Positions 28,522 through 36,799 of a stretch of DNA of 64,000 nt are shown here, piece after piece; the first letter of the stretch is position 1, and each line of letters opens with the position of its first letter. A model generated the notes under the pieces. The model saw nothing but the letters and a program-made list of their open reading frames with translations. It was not told the DNA's origin and did no database searches. A program made the translations under genes and the position numbers. Location of the stretch: contig NQOV01000011.1 of assembly GCA_002632265.1 (NCBI GenBank), positions 38,566-102,565 of the forward strand, written 5' to 3'. Source of the stretch: Rhodospirillaceae bacterium MC! (GTDB lineage: Bacteria; Pseudomonadota; Alphaproteobacteria; MC1).

Positions 28522-29613
28522 TTATACTGACGAATCTTCGTTTTGGATTATTATGGCGAGGCATATGAGAATTGACATGACTGGTATGACGAGAACTCCT
28601 AAGGTAATAGGTACGCCTGTGGTAAAAACCATGGCTAAAATGATGTTATTAGAAAAGTATGTTATAAATCCAAATAAAATGCAACCTACAATTGTATAAA
28701 ATACCGTTCCTTGACGTAAACTCTTACGAGAAAAAGCTCCCGCAACAAATATCATCGACGCATATAAAATCGGCTCTGTGAGCATTTTATAATAATATAC
28801 TTCGTGTTTACGTGAGGAAAAGCCTGATTTCTTTAAATTGTGGATGAAATCTGGCAATTGCCATAAATTCATAGTTTCAGGATCGGCAAATGCTCCCCTA
28901 ACTCGAGAAATATTAAAGCTTGTGTCTACTTTTAAGGTTTTGTAAAATCTCTTTCTTTTGGTGGCTGATAACTTATAAGCGTTCTTAAATATCCAAGTTT
29001 GTTTTAATAACACCGAACTATCTGCCCCTATCCACTTTGTGATCTTACCATTGTTTACATAAATCATTTCTGGATGTGATAAGGTTAACTTATTATGACG
29101 TTGTAAATAATGACGGGCGTGTAAAATAATCAATCCGCCTGCAACATTTCTTTGACGCAACCATAAACCTTTCTCCCCCACATCTAAAGTATCGGATGTT
29201 TTATTGATATACTTGAAATTTAAATAGGATCTATACTCTTGTGAAGAAGAAATTAAAACACTAAGTAAAGTTATTTTAAAAATCCCTATTAAAACAGATA
29301 TTATCAAAATAGGCGAAATAATCTGCCAAATACTCTTGCCAACCGCTCGAGCTATGATCAATTCTGACGTTTTTGTTAGATTATACAAACTTGTAATCGC
29401 CGATAACAACACTATAAATGGTAATGTTTGTTGAATTAATACAGGTAAATGAACTCCTACGAATCTCATGGTTAAGGTAATCCCACCGCCTGCTCTTGAT
29501 ACTCGGCGATACTGTTCCATAAAATCAATCATCGACATTAAAAATGTCATAATCAAAAAGCCTATCATAAGATGAAGTAAAAACTTTTTTGCTATGTATA
29601 AGTAAAGTTTCAT
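28522..29613 (-). CDS. lptG: LPS export ABC permease, LptF/LptG family
   Basis: 363-aa ORF with YjgP/YjgQ-like topology; second of a tandem pair. Confidence 0.75.
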   Translation of the reverse strand: MKLYLYIAKKFLLHLMIGFLIMTFLMSMIDFMEQYRRVSRAGGGITLTMRFVGVHLPVLIQQTLPFIVLLSAITSLYNLTKTSELIIARAVGKSIWQIISPILIISVLIGIFKITLLSVLISSSQEYRSYLNFKYINKTSDTLDVGEKGLWLRQRNVAGGLIILHARHYLQRHNKLTLSHPEMIYVNNGKITKWIGADSSVLLKQTWIFKNAYKLSATKRKRFYKTLKVDTSFNISRVRGAFADPETMNLWQLPDFIHNLKKSGFSSRKHEVYYYKMLTEPILYASMIFVAGAFSRKSLRQGTVFYTIVGCILFGFITYFSNNIILAMVFTTGVPITLGVLVIPVMSILICLAIIIQNEDSSV

Positions 29614-29615
29614 TT

Positions 29616-30746
29616 TTATTTCTCCTTGATCTTTTTATATCGGTTAGATATATTTATGGCAAAAATAAAAACCGTAAAGGAAATAAAATAAAAAATATCC
29701 ATGGCGATAACCATATTATATCTTCCTGATTGCGATTTGTTAATAAAAAACAACGATCCCATAAGAAATAATACCATAAAAGAAGAGGAAATTAAAGCCT
29801 CGGTTAATTTTCCTCGTCTGTTAAATCCTGTGCTTATCATAAAATAGACAATCACCAAGCCAAATAATAAAGGTAAAGACGAAGTTATTATCCTTTGATT
29901 TATTTCAGCAATGTATTTTCCTCTTTTTTCTGTTTTATCATGTAAAACCCCCTGTATAACCTCCTTTGTTGAAAGCTCTCGCATGGCATGAGACCAGCCA
30001 CTTACTTTTTTAGATCCTAAAAATGTACTCGTATCAAATACCAATTCCTTAAAAACCGCATAGCGTACCGTATTTGTCGTTTTATCGATGAAATCTGCTG
30101 TGCCGTCTTGGGCTATTAACTTTAAGGCGTTATCTTCAGAAACTAAAATGCCGTTTTTAGCCGTATAATAAGTGGGCTTGTTTAAATCTTTAGTATCGGC
30201 GATAAATAAATCTTTCATGTTGCCATTGTTATCTACCTTTTTAACATACACAACTAGAGAATTATTTATCACGTTAAAAACACCAACCTTTAAGACCGCC
30301 TTGGATAAATTATATCTAATCTCCAATTCCAAATCCCTAAACGCTCGAGAAGAATGCGGAGCTCCCCACAAATTCAAAGCCAAAATTAAAAATGAAGTGA
30401 AAACTCCAAAGGCTAAAACTGGCTTGCCACGTTGCCAAATGCTCATGCCAATGGCTTGCATTATAACTAATTCCCTATCTTGATTGAACTTGTTATACAA
30501 AAATAACGAAACCAAAAACGTCGAAATAGGAAGAATTAAAGACAAAAATCTAGGCATCATAAAAAGTGTTAGCTTTAAAAAAATACTAACAGGAATCCCT
30601 CGGTTTACAATATATTGAACAAACCTTAAGGATTGAGACAACCAAACCACCAACAATAATAACAACGTTATACTTAAAAAAAGTAATACCATCTGTTTGG
30701 TTAAATGTTTTTGTAATAAATTCATCTGTCTTAATTTAAATTCCAC
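29616..30746 (-). CDS. lptF: LPS export ABC permease, LptF/LptG family
   Basis: 376-aa ORF with YjgP/YjgQ-like topology; first of the pair. Confidence 0.75.
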   Translation of the reverse strand: MEFKLRQMNLLQKHLTKQMVLLFLSITLLLLLVVWLSQSLRFVQYIVNRGIPVSIFLKLTLFMMPRFLSLILPISTFLVSLFLYNKFNQDRELVIMQAIGMSIWQRGKPVLAFGVFTSFLILALNLWGAPHSSRAFRDLELEIRYNLSKAVLKVGVFNVINNSLVVYVKKVDNNGNMKDLFIADTKDLNKPTYYTAKNGILVSEDNALKLIAQDGTADFIDKTTNTVRYAVFKELVFDTSTFLGSKKVSGWSHAMRELSTKEVIQGVLHDKTEKRGKYIAEINQRIITSSLPLLFGLVIVYFMISTGFNRRGKLTEALISSSFMVLFLMGSLFFINKSQSGRYNMVIAMDIFYFISFTVFIFAINISNRYKKIKEK

Positions 30747-30841
30747 TCTCTATAATATAATCAGACATTATTACACAAAATACAACAAAATACAACAATA
30801 AAGTTTATTGTTGTATTTTTTATTGGTTTATACTGCTGGTT

Positions 30842-30956
30842 CTCTTTTGTTTGGTCTGATTGTCTTGACAGACGGTCATACTCTTTGGGTTTGTCTTGAC
30901 ATACGGTCGTACTCTATTGGCTTTGACTCTTTGGCTTTGATTGTCTATCAAGACAA
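30842..30956. repeat. core-family repeats, short subtype (three cores)
   Basis: GTCTTGACAGACGGTCATACTCTTTGGG, then GTCTTGACATACGGTCGTACTCTATTGG, then the palindromic TTGTCTATCAAGACAA. Confidence 0.8.
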
Positions 30957-31041
30957 ATAAGCAGAGAGTAAAAAAATGTTATTCCAAAAATGTTAATAAG
31001 TATGATATAATCTAGGGATAAAGTTAGAAATAAGAAAAACA

Positions 31042-31050
31042 TGTGGATAA
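31042..31050 (-). promoter_or_regulatory. perfect DnaA box (TTATCCACA on the complement)
   Basis: TGTGGATAA read directly. It is followed after one base by TATTCACA, an inverted 7/9 box. Confidence 0.4.
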
Positions 31051-31305
31051 GTATTCACATGAGATCATAAAAAGTATAAAGTTATTAACAACTAAAATCA
31101 AAATTTTTAGAATAGTTACAAAAGGTTAAAAGTCTTTAATCACTTACAAACACCGCAACAAAAAACAACAAAAAATAATATATTAAAATATATTATTTTA
31201 TCTTTAGCAACATTTTATCTTTGTAAAACATCTTTAATTCATATATACTCATATAATCATTTTACATTCAAATAACCACTTTTTTTTAAGGATTAACAAA
31301 ATATT

Positions 31306-32316
31306 ATGAAATTATTACTTGAAACATTATCTAATAAGCAAGGATTACCAACGCCCATATGGTTCATGAGGCAAGCAGGCAGATATTTACCAGAATATTT
31401 AGAGCTAAGAAAAACCACTCCCAACTTCTTAGATTTTTGTTACGATCCTAAAAAAGCGTGCGAAGCTGCATTACAACCTTTAAGAAGATTTGATCTTGAC
31501 GCATCAATTTTATTTTCCGATATCTTAGTAATTCCCCACGCTTTAGGGCAAGAGGTTACATTCGAAAAAAATATTGGTCCCAAACTTAAGCCCATAACAA
31601 AAATAGAAGATTTAAAAAGTTTAAGAAAAAACGAATCCATATTAAATCCCATATTTGAAACAGTATCAAACATCAAGCATAATTTAAAAGATCATCAAGC
31701 ATTAATCGGCTTCAGCGGTAGTCCATGGACCTTAGCTTGTTATATGATCAACGGTCAAGGTTCAAGAGATTATGCAAATGTTCGAGAAATAGCCCTAAAA
31801 GATCCAAACTTTTTTGATTATCTAATGAATACCCTTATTGAAATCATATGTAATTATCTTTCACAGCAAATTCAAGCAGGAGCAGAAGTCATTCAACTAT
31901 TCGACAGTTGGGCAGGAGTATTAAGCGAAAAATTATTTTTAAAATATTCCTTAGAACCCAATAAGAAAATCATCGCATATCTAAAGAATCGTCATCCGCA
32001 AATCCCCATAATCGGATTCCCAAAAGGTGTAGGACAAAATATCCTAGAATTCACAAACCAAACCCAAGCCGACGCCGTAGGATTAGATAGCTCTTTCTCC
32101 ATAAATTGGATAAACCAAAACCTAAACCACACAGTAACCCAAGGCAATCTAGATAACATAAGCCTACTAGTAGGTGGCGAACAAATGGAACAAGATATCA
32201 TAAATATCAAAAAAATCAAATCCCCTCACATCTTTAACCTAGGACACGGAATCCTACCAACAACCCCAATAAAAAATGTCGAAAAAATGATTGAAATGGT
32301 TAAGGGAATTATATAA
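31306..32316 (+). CDS. hemE: uroporphyrinogen decarboxylase
   Basis: 336-aa ORF with the signature PIWFMRQAGRYLPEY. Confidence 0.92.
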   Translation: MKLLLETLSNKQGLPTPIWFMRQAGRYLPEYLELRKTTPNFLDFCYDPKKACEAALQPLRRFDLDASILFSDILVIPHALGQEVTFEKNIGPKLKPITKIEDLKSLRKNESILNPIFETVSNIKHNLKDHQALIGFSGSPWTLACYMINGQGSRDYANVREIALKDPNFFDYLMNTLIEIICNYLSQQIQAGAEVIQLFDSWAGVLSEKLFLKYSLEPNKKIIAYLKNRHPQIPIIGFPKGVGQNILEFTNQTQADAVGLDSSFSINWINQNLNHTVTQGNLDNISLLVGGEQMEQDIINIKKIKSPHIFNLGHGILPTTPIKNVEKMIEMVKGII

Positions 32317-32973
32317 ATGATTATTTGTTACGGAGATTCTAACACTTGGGGTTATAATCCTTTAGTGGTTAATAGTAGATACAAGGTAGAAGATATTTAC
32401 ACTACCATTTTAAAGAATATATTTATGGAAGAGGGTTTTAAAAGGGTTAAGGTTTTAAACAGGGGGATGCCTGCTCGTTGTGCTAGTTCTGATGTTCTAG
32501 AGCCATATAAAGACGGTTACACGCCATTTAAAAACGAGTTTAGCGATTATAACAAGGAAGTTAACTTATTTATTATTATGCTAGGAACAAACGACGTAAA
32601 ACTCAACAAAACAGCCAAAGAGATTTCGGCAGATATTAAAAAGCTTATGGATATAATCATCGATAATAGTAAGATTAAGAATATTTTAATAATATCGCCG
32701 TCGCCATTGAAGAAGTTGGATTACGATAATTTACCGCAAGGTCAGATTCCTTATGATCTTTTTTATAATGATGAAAGCCATGTTCAGACATCGCAAGATT
32801 TAGCAAATGAGCTAGAAAATTTATGTGAAAGTTATCAAGATAAAGTACATTTTTTAAACGGTGCTAATTTATGGGAAACCTCCAACCAAGACGGTATTCA
32901 TTTAGAACCCCATTCCCATAGAAAAATCGCACAAGAGATATATAATTTTTGTATATCTAATAGTATCATTTAG
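32317..32973 (+). CDS. SGNH/GDSL-family hydrolase
   Basis: 218-aa ORF with block I YGDSNTWG and block V DGIHL; starts at the base after the hemE stop. Confidence 0.7.
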   Translation: MIICYGDSNTWGYNPLVVNSRYKVEDIYTTILKNIFMEEGFKRVKVLNRGMPARCASSDVLEPYKDGYTPFKNEFSDYNKEVNLFIIMLGTNDVKLNKTAKEISADIKKLMDIIIDNSKIKNILIISPSPLKKLDYDNLPQGQIPYDLFYNDESHVQTSQDLANELENLCESYQDKVHFLNGANLWETSNQDGIHLEPHSHRKIAQEIYNFCISNSII

Positions 32974-33166
32974 CTTATAATTTAGCCTAAGATTCTTTCC
33001 AATAATAAAAATACGTTGTAAATTTAAAGTTAAAGAATCCTTATTTGTTTATATAACATGAAAATAAATAATAAAGATTCTCTAAAAAAAATATATTACA
33101 CATACGAGCTAAGCCCCCATACACAATCAAAAAAAAGACAACTAAAGGGCAAATAAATAAAATCTA

Positions 33167-33195
33167 TTGACTTTAGTTCTAGAAAGTATTATATT
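33167..33195 (+). promoter_or_regulatory. sigma70-like promoter
   Basis: TTGACT, 17-nt spacer, TATATT; about 105 nt upstream of 33302. Confidence 0.4.
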
Positions 33196-33301
33196 TATAT
33201 TATGATTTAAAATAACAAAAGGAATTATGACAAATAATTTTACATATATTTAATACATAAATGGGAGTATGTATTGAGTTATATTCATTCAAGGATTTAT
33301 T

Positions 33302-33814
33302 ATGAATACACATAGGACCCTACATAAAAAAGCTTATCTAATATTTATGATGATGTTAGGTTTAAGCTTAGGATCTTTAACCGCTTGTAGCAGTGGTAAC
33401 AACAACGTAGAAACAACTAACACATCTGAAATTACGATGGTGAGTAGTGATACCACAAAGACCGCTAGCACAAAAACAGATGAAAACACACAAAAAATAG
33501 AACCTGTAAACAAGCATGCAAACTTAAATTATCAATCAAAGAAATTTCATAGTAATAACAAAATGGTATTGCTAGATTCTAAAACGTCAAAAGTTTCTAT
33601 TCCGATGATAAAACAAGAGTATCTTTATAAGGATGTATCAAAGCTAATTAGCAATAAAGGCAAGCCTGATTATTTTTTAAGAGAAATAAATAGTGGCGTT
33701 TTAAGATACACAATTAACAATTGTCCTGTGATATTCTTTGTGGTTCGTGAAAAGCAAAGCAACAGAATTGACAACATAAAATCAGTTTGCGAAAACGAAG
33801 AACGAACCGAATAA
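33302..33814 (+). CDS. hypothetical lipoprotein
   Basis: 170-aa ORF with a signal peptide and lipobox LTAC. Confidence 0.55.
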   Translation: MNTHRTLHKKAYLIFMMMLGLSLGSLTACSSGNNNVETTNTSEITMVSSDTTKTASTKTDENTQKIEPVNKHANLNYQSKKFHSNNKMVLLDSKTSKVSIPMIKQEYLYKDVSKLISNKGKPDYFLREINSGVLRYTINNCPVIFFVVREKQSNRIDNIKSVCENEERTE

Positions 33815-33824
33815 AACAAATCTA

Positions 33825-33853
33825 TTGACAAACGGATAGATTTTGTTTATAGT
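33825..33853 (+). promoter_or_regulatory. sigma70-like promoter for tRNA-Leu
   Basis: TTGACA, 17-nt spacer, TATAGT; about 23 nt upstream of the tRNA 5' end. Confidence 0.5.
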
Positions 33854-33875
33854 GTTACTTATACTAGTTTTATAT

Positions 33876-33961
33876 GCCTCTATGGTGAAATTGGTAGACA
33901 CGTCAGACTCAAAATCTGATGCTCTTAGAGCGTACCTGTTCGAGTCAGGTTAGAGGCACCA
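33876..33961 (+). tRNA. tRNA-Leu (anticodon CAA), long variable arm, CCA encoded
   Basis: Acceptor GCCTCTA pairs with TAGAGGC. Anticodon stem TCAGA/TCTGA carries loop CTCAAAA. T-arm is GTTCGAGTC, and the 3' end is ACCA. Confidence 0.9.
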
Positions 33962-33969
33962 TAATTTAT

Positions 33970-34008
33970 GTCATTAGTTATTTTTTAAAATAGTTAATGA
34001 CTTTTTTT
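33970..34008 (+). terminator. intrinsic terminator
   Basis: GTCATTAGTTATTTT pairs with AAAATAGTTAATGAC (two internal mismatches), followed by TTTTTTT. Confidence 0.6.
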
Positions 34009-34043
34009 ATACATTTCCCATAAAAAGATCATTTTTATTTAGG

Positions 34044-34715
34044 ATGTACTATAATATGACAGATATAACAAGAAATATCAAAAACTTATTAAGCAATATA
34101 GCTGAAGTTTGTAAGGCAAATAACATCGATTCTAACCATATTAAAATAATGGCTGTTTCTAAATATCATTCAACGGAAAAAATAAAAATCGCATACGATA
34201 ATGGATTAAGATTATTTGGCGAAAATAAAGTCCAAGAATATGAAAGTAAATATGACGATTTTAAAAAACATTGTAAAGATGCCAAAATGTATTTAACAGG
34301 GAATTTACAATCAAATAAAGTAAAAAAAGCCGTGGATTTATTCGATGGAATAATGTCAATTAATAGTATAAAGTTGGCAAATAAAATTAACTCTCACGCT
34401 AGGGATATAAACAAAAAAATAATCGCTTACATTCAAATTAATATAGCTAACGAACAACAAAAAAATGGAGTCTCATTAAATGATTTTGAAAGCTTGTACA
34501 ACGAAATAAAAACCATGAAAAATATTATTTTACAAGGTATTATGTGCATACCGCCAGCAAAGGAAAATCCACGAGAATACTTTTTACAAATGAACGAAAT
34601 TAAACAAAAATATAAACTAAAAGAAGTGTCCCAAGGCATGAGCCAAGACTATCAACAAGCCATAACATGTGGTACAAATATGTTACGAATCGGATCTGCA
34701 ATTTTTGTCTCGTGA
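34044..34715 (+). CDS. yggS: YggS-family pyridoxal-phosphate homeostasis protein
   Basis: 223-aa ORF with MAVSKYH (PLP lysine) and FGENKVQE blocks. Confidence 0.85.
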   Translation: MYYNMTDITRNIKNLLSNIAEVCKANNIDSNHIKIMAVSKYHSTEKIKIAYDNGLRLFGENKVQEYESKYDDFKKHCKDAKMYLTGNLQSNKVKKAVDLFDGIMSINSIKLANKINSHARDINKKIIAYIQINIANEQQKNGVSLNDFESLYNEIKTMKNIILQGIMCIPPAKENPREYFLQMNEIKQKYKLKEVSQGMSQDYQQAITCGTNMLRIGSAIFVS

Positions 34716-34794
34716 AAATAGTATAATAAATTAGATAGATCTAAATAATACACAGGAATATAAAATAGTGTCATAAGACACTTTAGGGATAAAA

Positions 34795-35418
34795 ATGACA
34801 CCTTTAAAAGATGATGAAGATCAAGAAGTTGATTACATGGCAAAAATGTGGAGACCTGAAACAATTAAGGATTCTTCCGTAAAAATTCGTGAAAAAAAAT
34901 GCCATAATCACGCCTGCTCAAAAAAAGGAAAGTATAAAGCACCAAAAAAACGTAACCCAACAACCAGCGACGATTATTATTATTTCTGTAAAAAACATGT
35001 GGATGAATACATCGAAAATTGGGACTATATGGCAGGATTCGACGAAAACGCCTTTCGCCAATCAAAATTTAGCGACCCGTACGGCCACCGCCCATCATGG
35101 CAATTCGGTAGCAGAGAAAAAAGAAAAAAAATGTACGATAAATACACTAAACAAAATTTCGAAGATCATGCCGACTTCTTCAGTAAAGATAAACACTACC
35201 AAGAAACAAGACGAGCAACAACAAGAGATAATAAAACCGTAAAAGCCTGCGAAACCATGGAAATTAAATACCCATTCACAAAAGAAGAAATAAAAATCCA
35301 ATACAAAAAAATGGTAAAAAAGAAACACCCCGACCTAAACCAATCAAACCCCAACGCCGACATAGAATTTAAAGAACTCCAAGAAGCCTACGAATTCTTA
35401 ACATCATTTTTTATCTAA
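34795..35418 (+). CDS. J-domain protein (C-terminal DnaJ domain, N-terminal Cys-rich region)
   Basis: 207-aa ORF with an HPD motif in KKKHPDLN...FKELQEAYEFL, and an N-terminal CHNHAC...FCKKHVDEY block. Confidence 0.75.
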   Translation: MTPLKDDEDQEVDYMAKMWRPETIKDSSVKIREKKCHNHACSKKGKYKAPKKRNPTTSDDYYYFCKKHVDEYIENWDYMAGFDENAFRQSKFSDPYGHRPSWQFGSREKRKKMYDKYTKQNFEDHADFFSKDKHYQETRRATTRDNKTVKACETMEIKYPFTKEEIKIQYKKMVKKKHPDLNQSNPNADIEFKELQEAYEFLTSFFI

Positions 35419-35423
35419 TGTTT

Positions 35424-35513
35424 ATCTTGTTTTAACAGACAGACGCTCCGAGCATAGCGATGTTGCACAAAGTTTCTTCGATCCCACTTTAGGGATGTGG
35501 ATAGGTAAGTGTG
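35424..35513 (+). repeat. core-family dispersed repeat, copy D (forward)
   Basis: TTTTAACAGACAGACGCTCCGAGCATAGCGATGTTGCACAAAGTTTCTTCGATCCCACTTTAGGGATGTGGATAGGTAAGTGTG; starts 6 nt after the J-protein stop. Confidence 0.85.
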
Positions 35514-36183
35514 TATTTTTTATTTTGTGGTATTGTAATTGGTTGGATTCATATGAATCATAAAATATGATTTTATAAAAAAATAAATGCTAAGAAGTCA
35601 TTTTTACTATTTTATTGTATACAATTGTAGATTCTTGAAATTGGAGATATCTTATAATTTTTTTTAATTTGATATTTTCATAATATTATCGTTATAAGAT
35701 TCGCAAAAAAAATATTTTAAATTTTAAAAGACAAATTTTTTAGCAAAAGAAAATTATTAAATTCGCACTTAGAATAAAAATAAAAAATTACTCCGTTAAA
35801 TTATTTTTAAAAATCAAAATCAAAAACGCCTTAATAACAAAATTAAAAAAATCTATTTGTAAGTCAAATAAATTTTCTCATATTATAATCGTATAAATAA
35901 TAAAATTAAAAATCTCCAACCAAAATCAAAAAAAATTTTTATCATTAAAACCGCTCCACCAATAAAAATTAAAAAACACCAATAATTAAAATCGTACCAA
36001 CAACAAATAAAAAATATTTATCCCTACTCCCCCTACAAAAATAAAATTTTTCTTTTTTTAATTACCCACATAACAACCATCCCACAACTTTATCCGACAA
36101 TAAAATAAATCCCAGCAACCAGTATAAAATATTACACCACACTAAATCAAAATCCTTAACAAACATTCGCATTTTTTTTATTA

Positions 36184-36430
36184 TCTTATCAGACGGTCGC
36201 TCTCTTTGGTTTGGTTGTTGCCCTGCTCGAGCGGAGGTCTTGACAGACGGTCGCCCTGCTCGAGCGGAGGTCTTGACAGACGGTCGCTCTACTCGAGCGT
36301 AGGTCTTAACAGACGGTTGCCCTACTCGGGCGTAGGTCTTAACAGACGGTTGCCCTGCTCGGGCGGAGGTCTTGACAGACGGTCCAAACATAGCATGTTT
36401 GATCGCATGTTAGAGTTAGGATTTAGGCTG
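36184..36430 (+). repeat. tandem amplification of the core-family repeat (33-bp unit, four copies, plus flanking partial and full copies)
   Basis: GTCTTGACAGACGGTCGCCCTGCTCGAGCGGAG and variants at 36237, 36270, 36303 and 36336. A terminal long-form copy starts at 36369. Confidence 0.92.
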
Positions 36431-36458
36431 TTTTTTTATAATATATGGTTGTTTTGTA

Positions 36459-36653
36459 TGGTATTTATGAAGATTTTTAGAATGAAAAATAAGATGTACA
36501 TAAAAAAATATATACATCTTTATTGTTATTTTATATGGTATTTATAAAGATTTTTAGAATGAGAAATAAGATGTACATAAAAAATACATATATCTTTATT
36601 GTTATTTTATATGGTATTTATGAAGATTTTTAGAATGAGAAATACATATACCT
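36459..36653 (+). repeat. ~76-bp tandem repeat, 2.5 units
   Basis: ATGGTATTTATGAAGATTTTTAGAATGA.AAATAAGATGTACATAAAAAA... repeats at 36459, 36536 and 36612. A related sequence follows copy G at 42660-42730. Confidence 0.85.
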
Positions 36654-36680
36654 TAAGCTCATAACTACATCAAAATTATA

Positions 36681-36775
36681 CATACTTACTTATCTACATC
36701 CCTAATGTGATCGAAGAAGCTTTGTGCAACATCGCTATGGCCGTCTGTTATAGACAAGGGAACCAAAGAGAGTGA
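36681..36775 (-). repeat. core-family dispersed repeat, copy F (reverse)
   Basis: The reverse complement reads CTCTCTTTGGTTCCCTTGTCTATAACAGACGGCCATAGCGATGTTGCACAAAGCTTCTTCGATCACATTAGGGATGTAGATAAG. It lies just past the mnmG stop. Confidence 0.85.
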
Positions 36776-36799
36776 ATGTTTATTAAGGTAATGTAAGAG

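Noticed and set aside
35490-35510. DnaA-box-like TGTGGATAG in the tails of repeat copies D and H, together with an origin-like skew flip.
   Set aside because: The 9-mer is 8/9 at best and is degenerate or absent in the other copies (GGGTGGGGATGGG, GGGATGTAGATAAG). It is probably coincidental G/T-rich tail sequence.
36062-36547. ORFs 36062-36391 (minus) and 36206-36547 (plus) with repetitive PSVKTSARAG / GGLDRRS peptides.
   Set aside because: Both are translations of the 33-bp tandem DNA repeat in two orientations. Neither has an RBS or any non-repeat domain.
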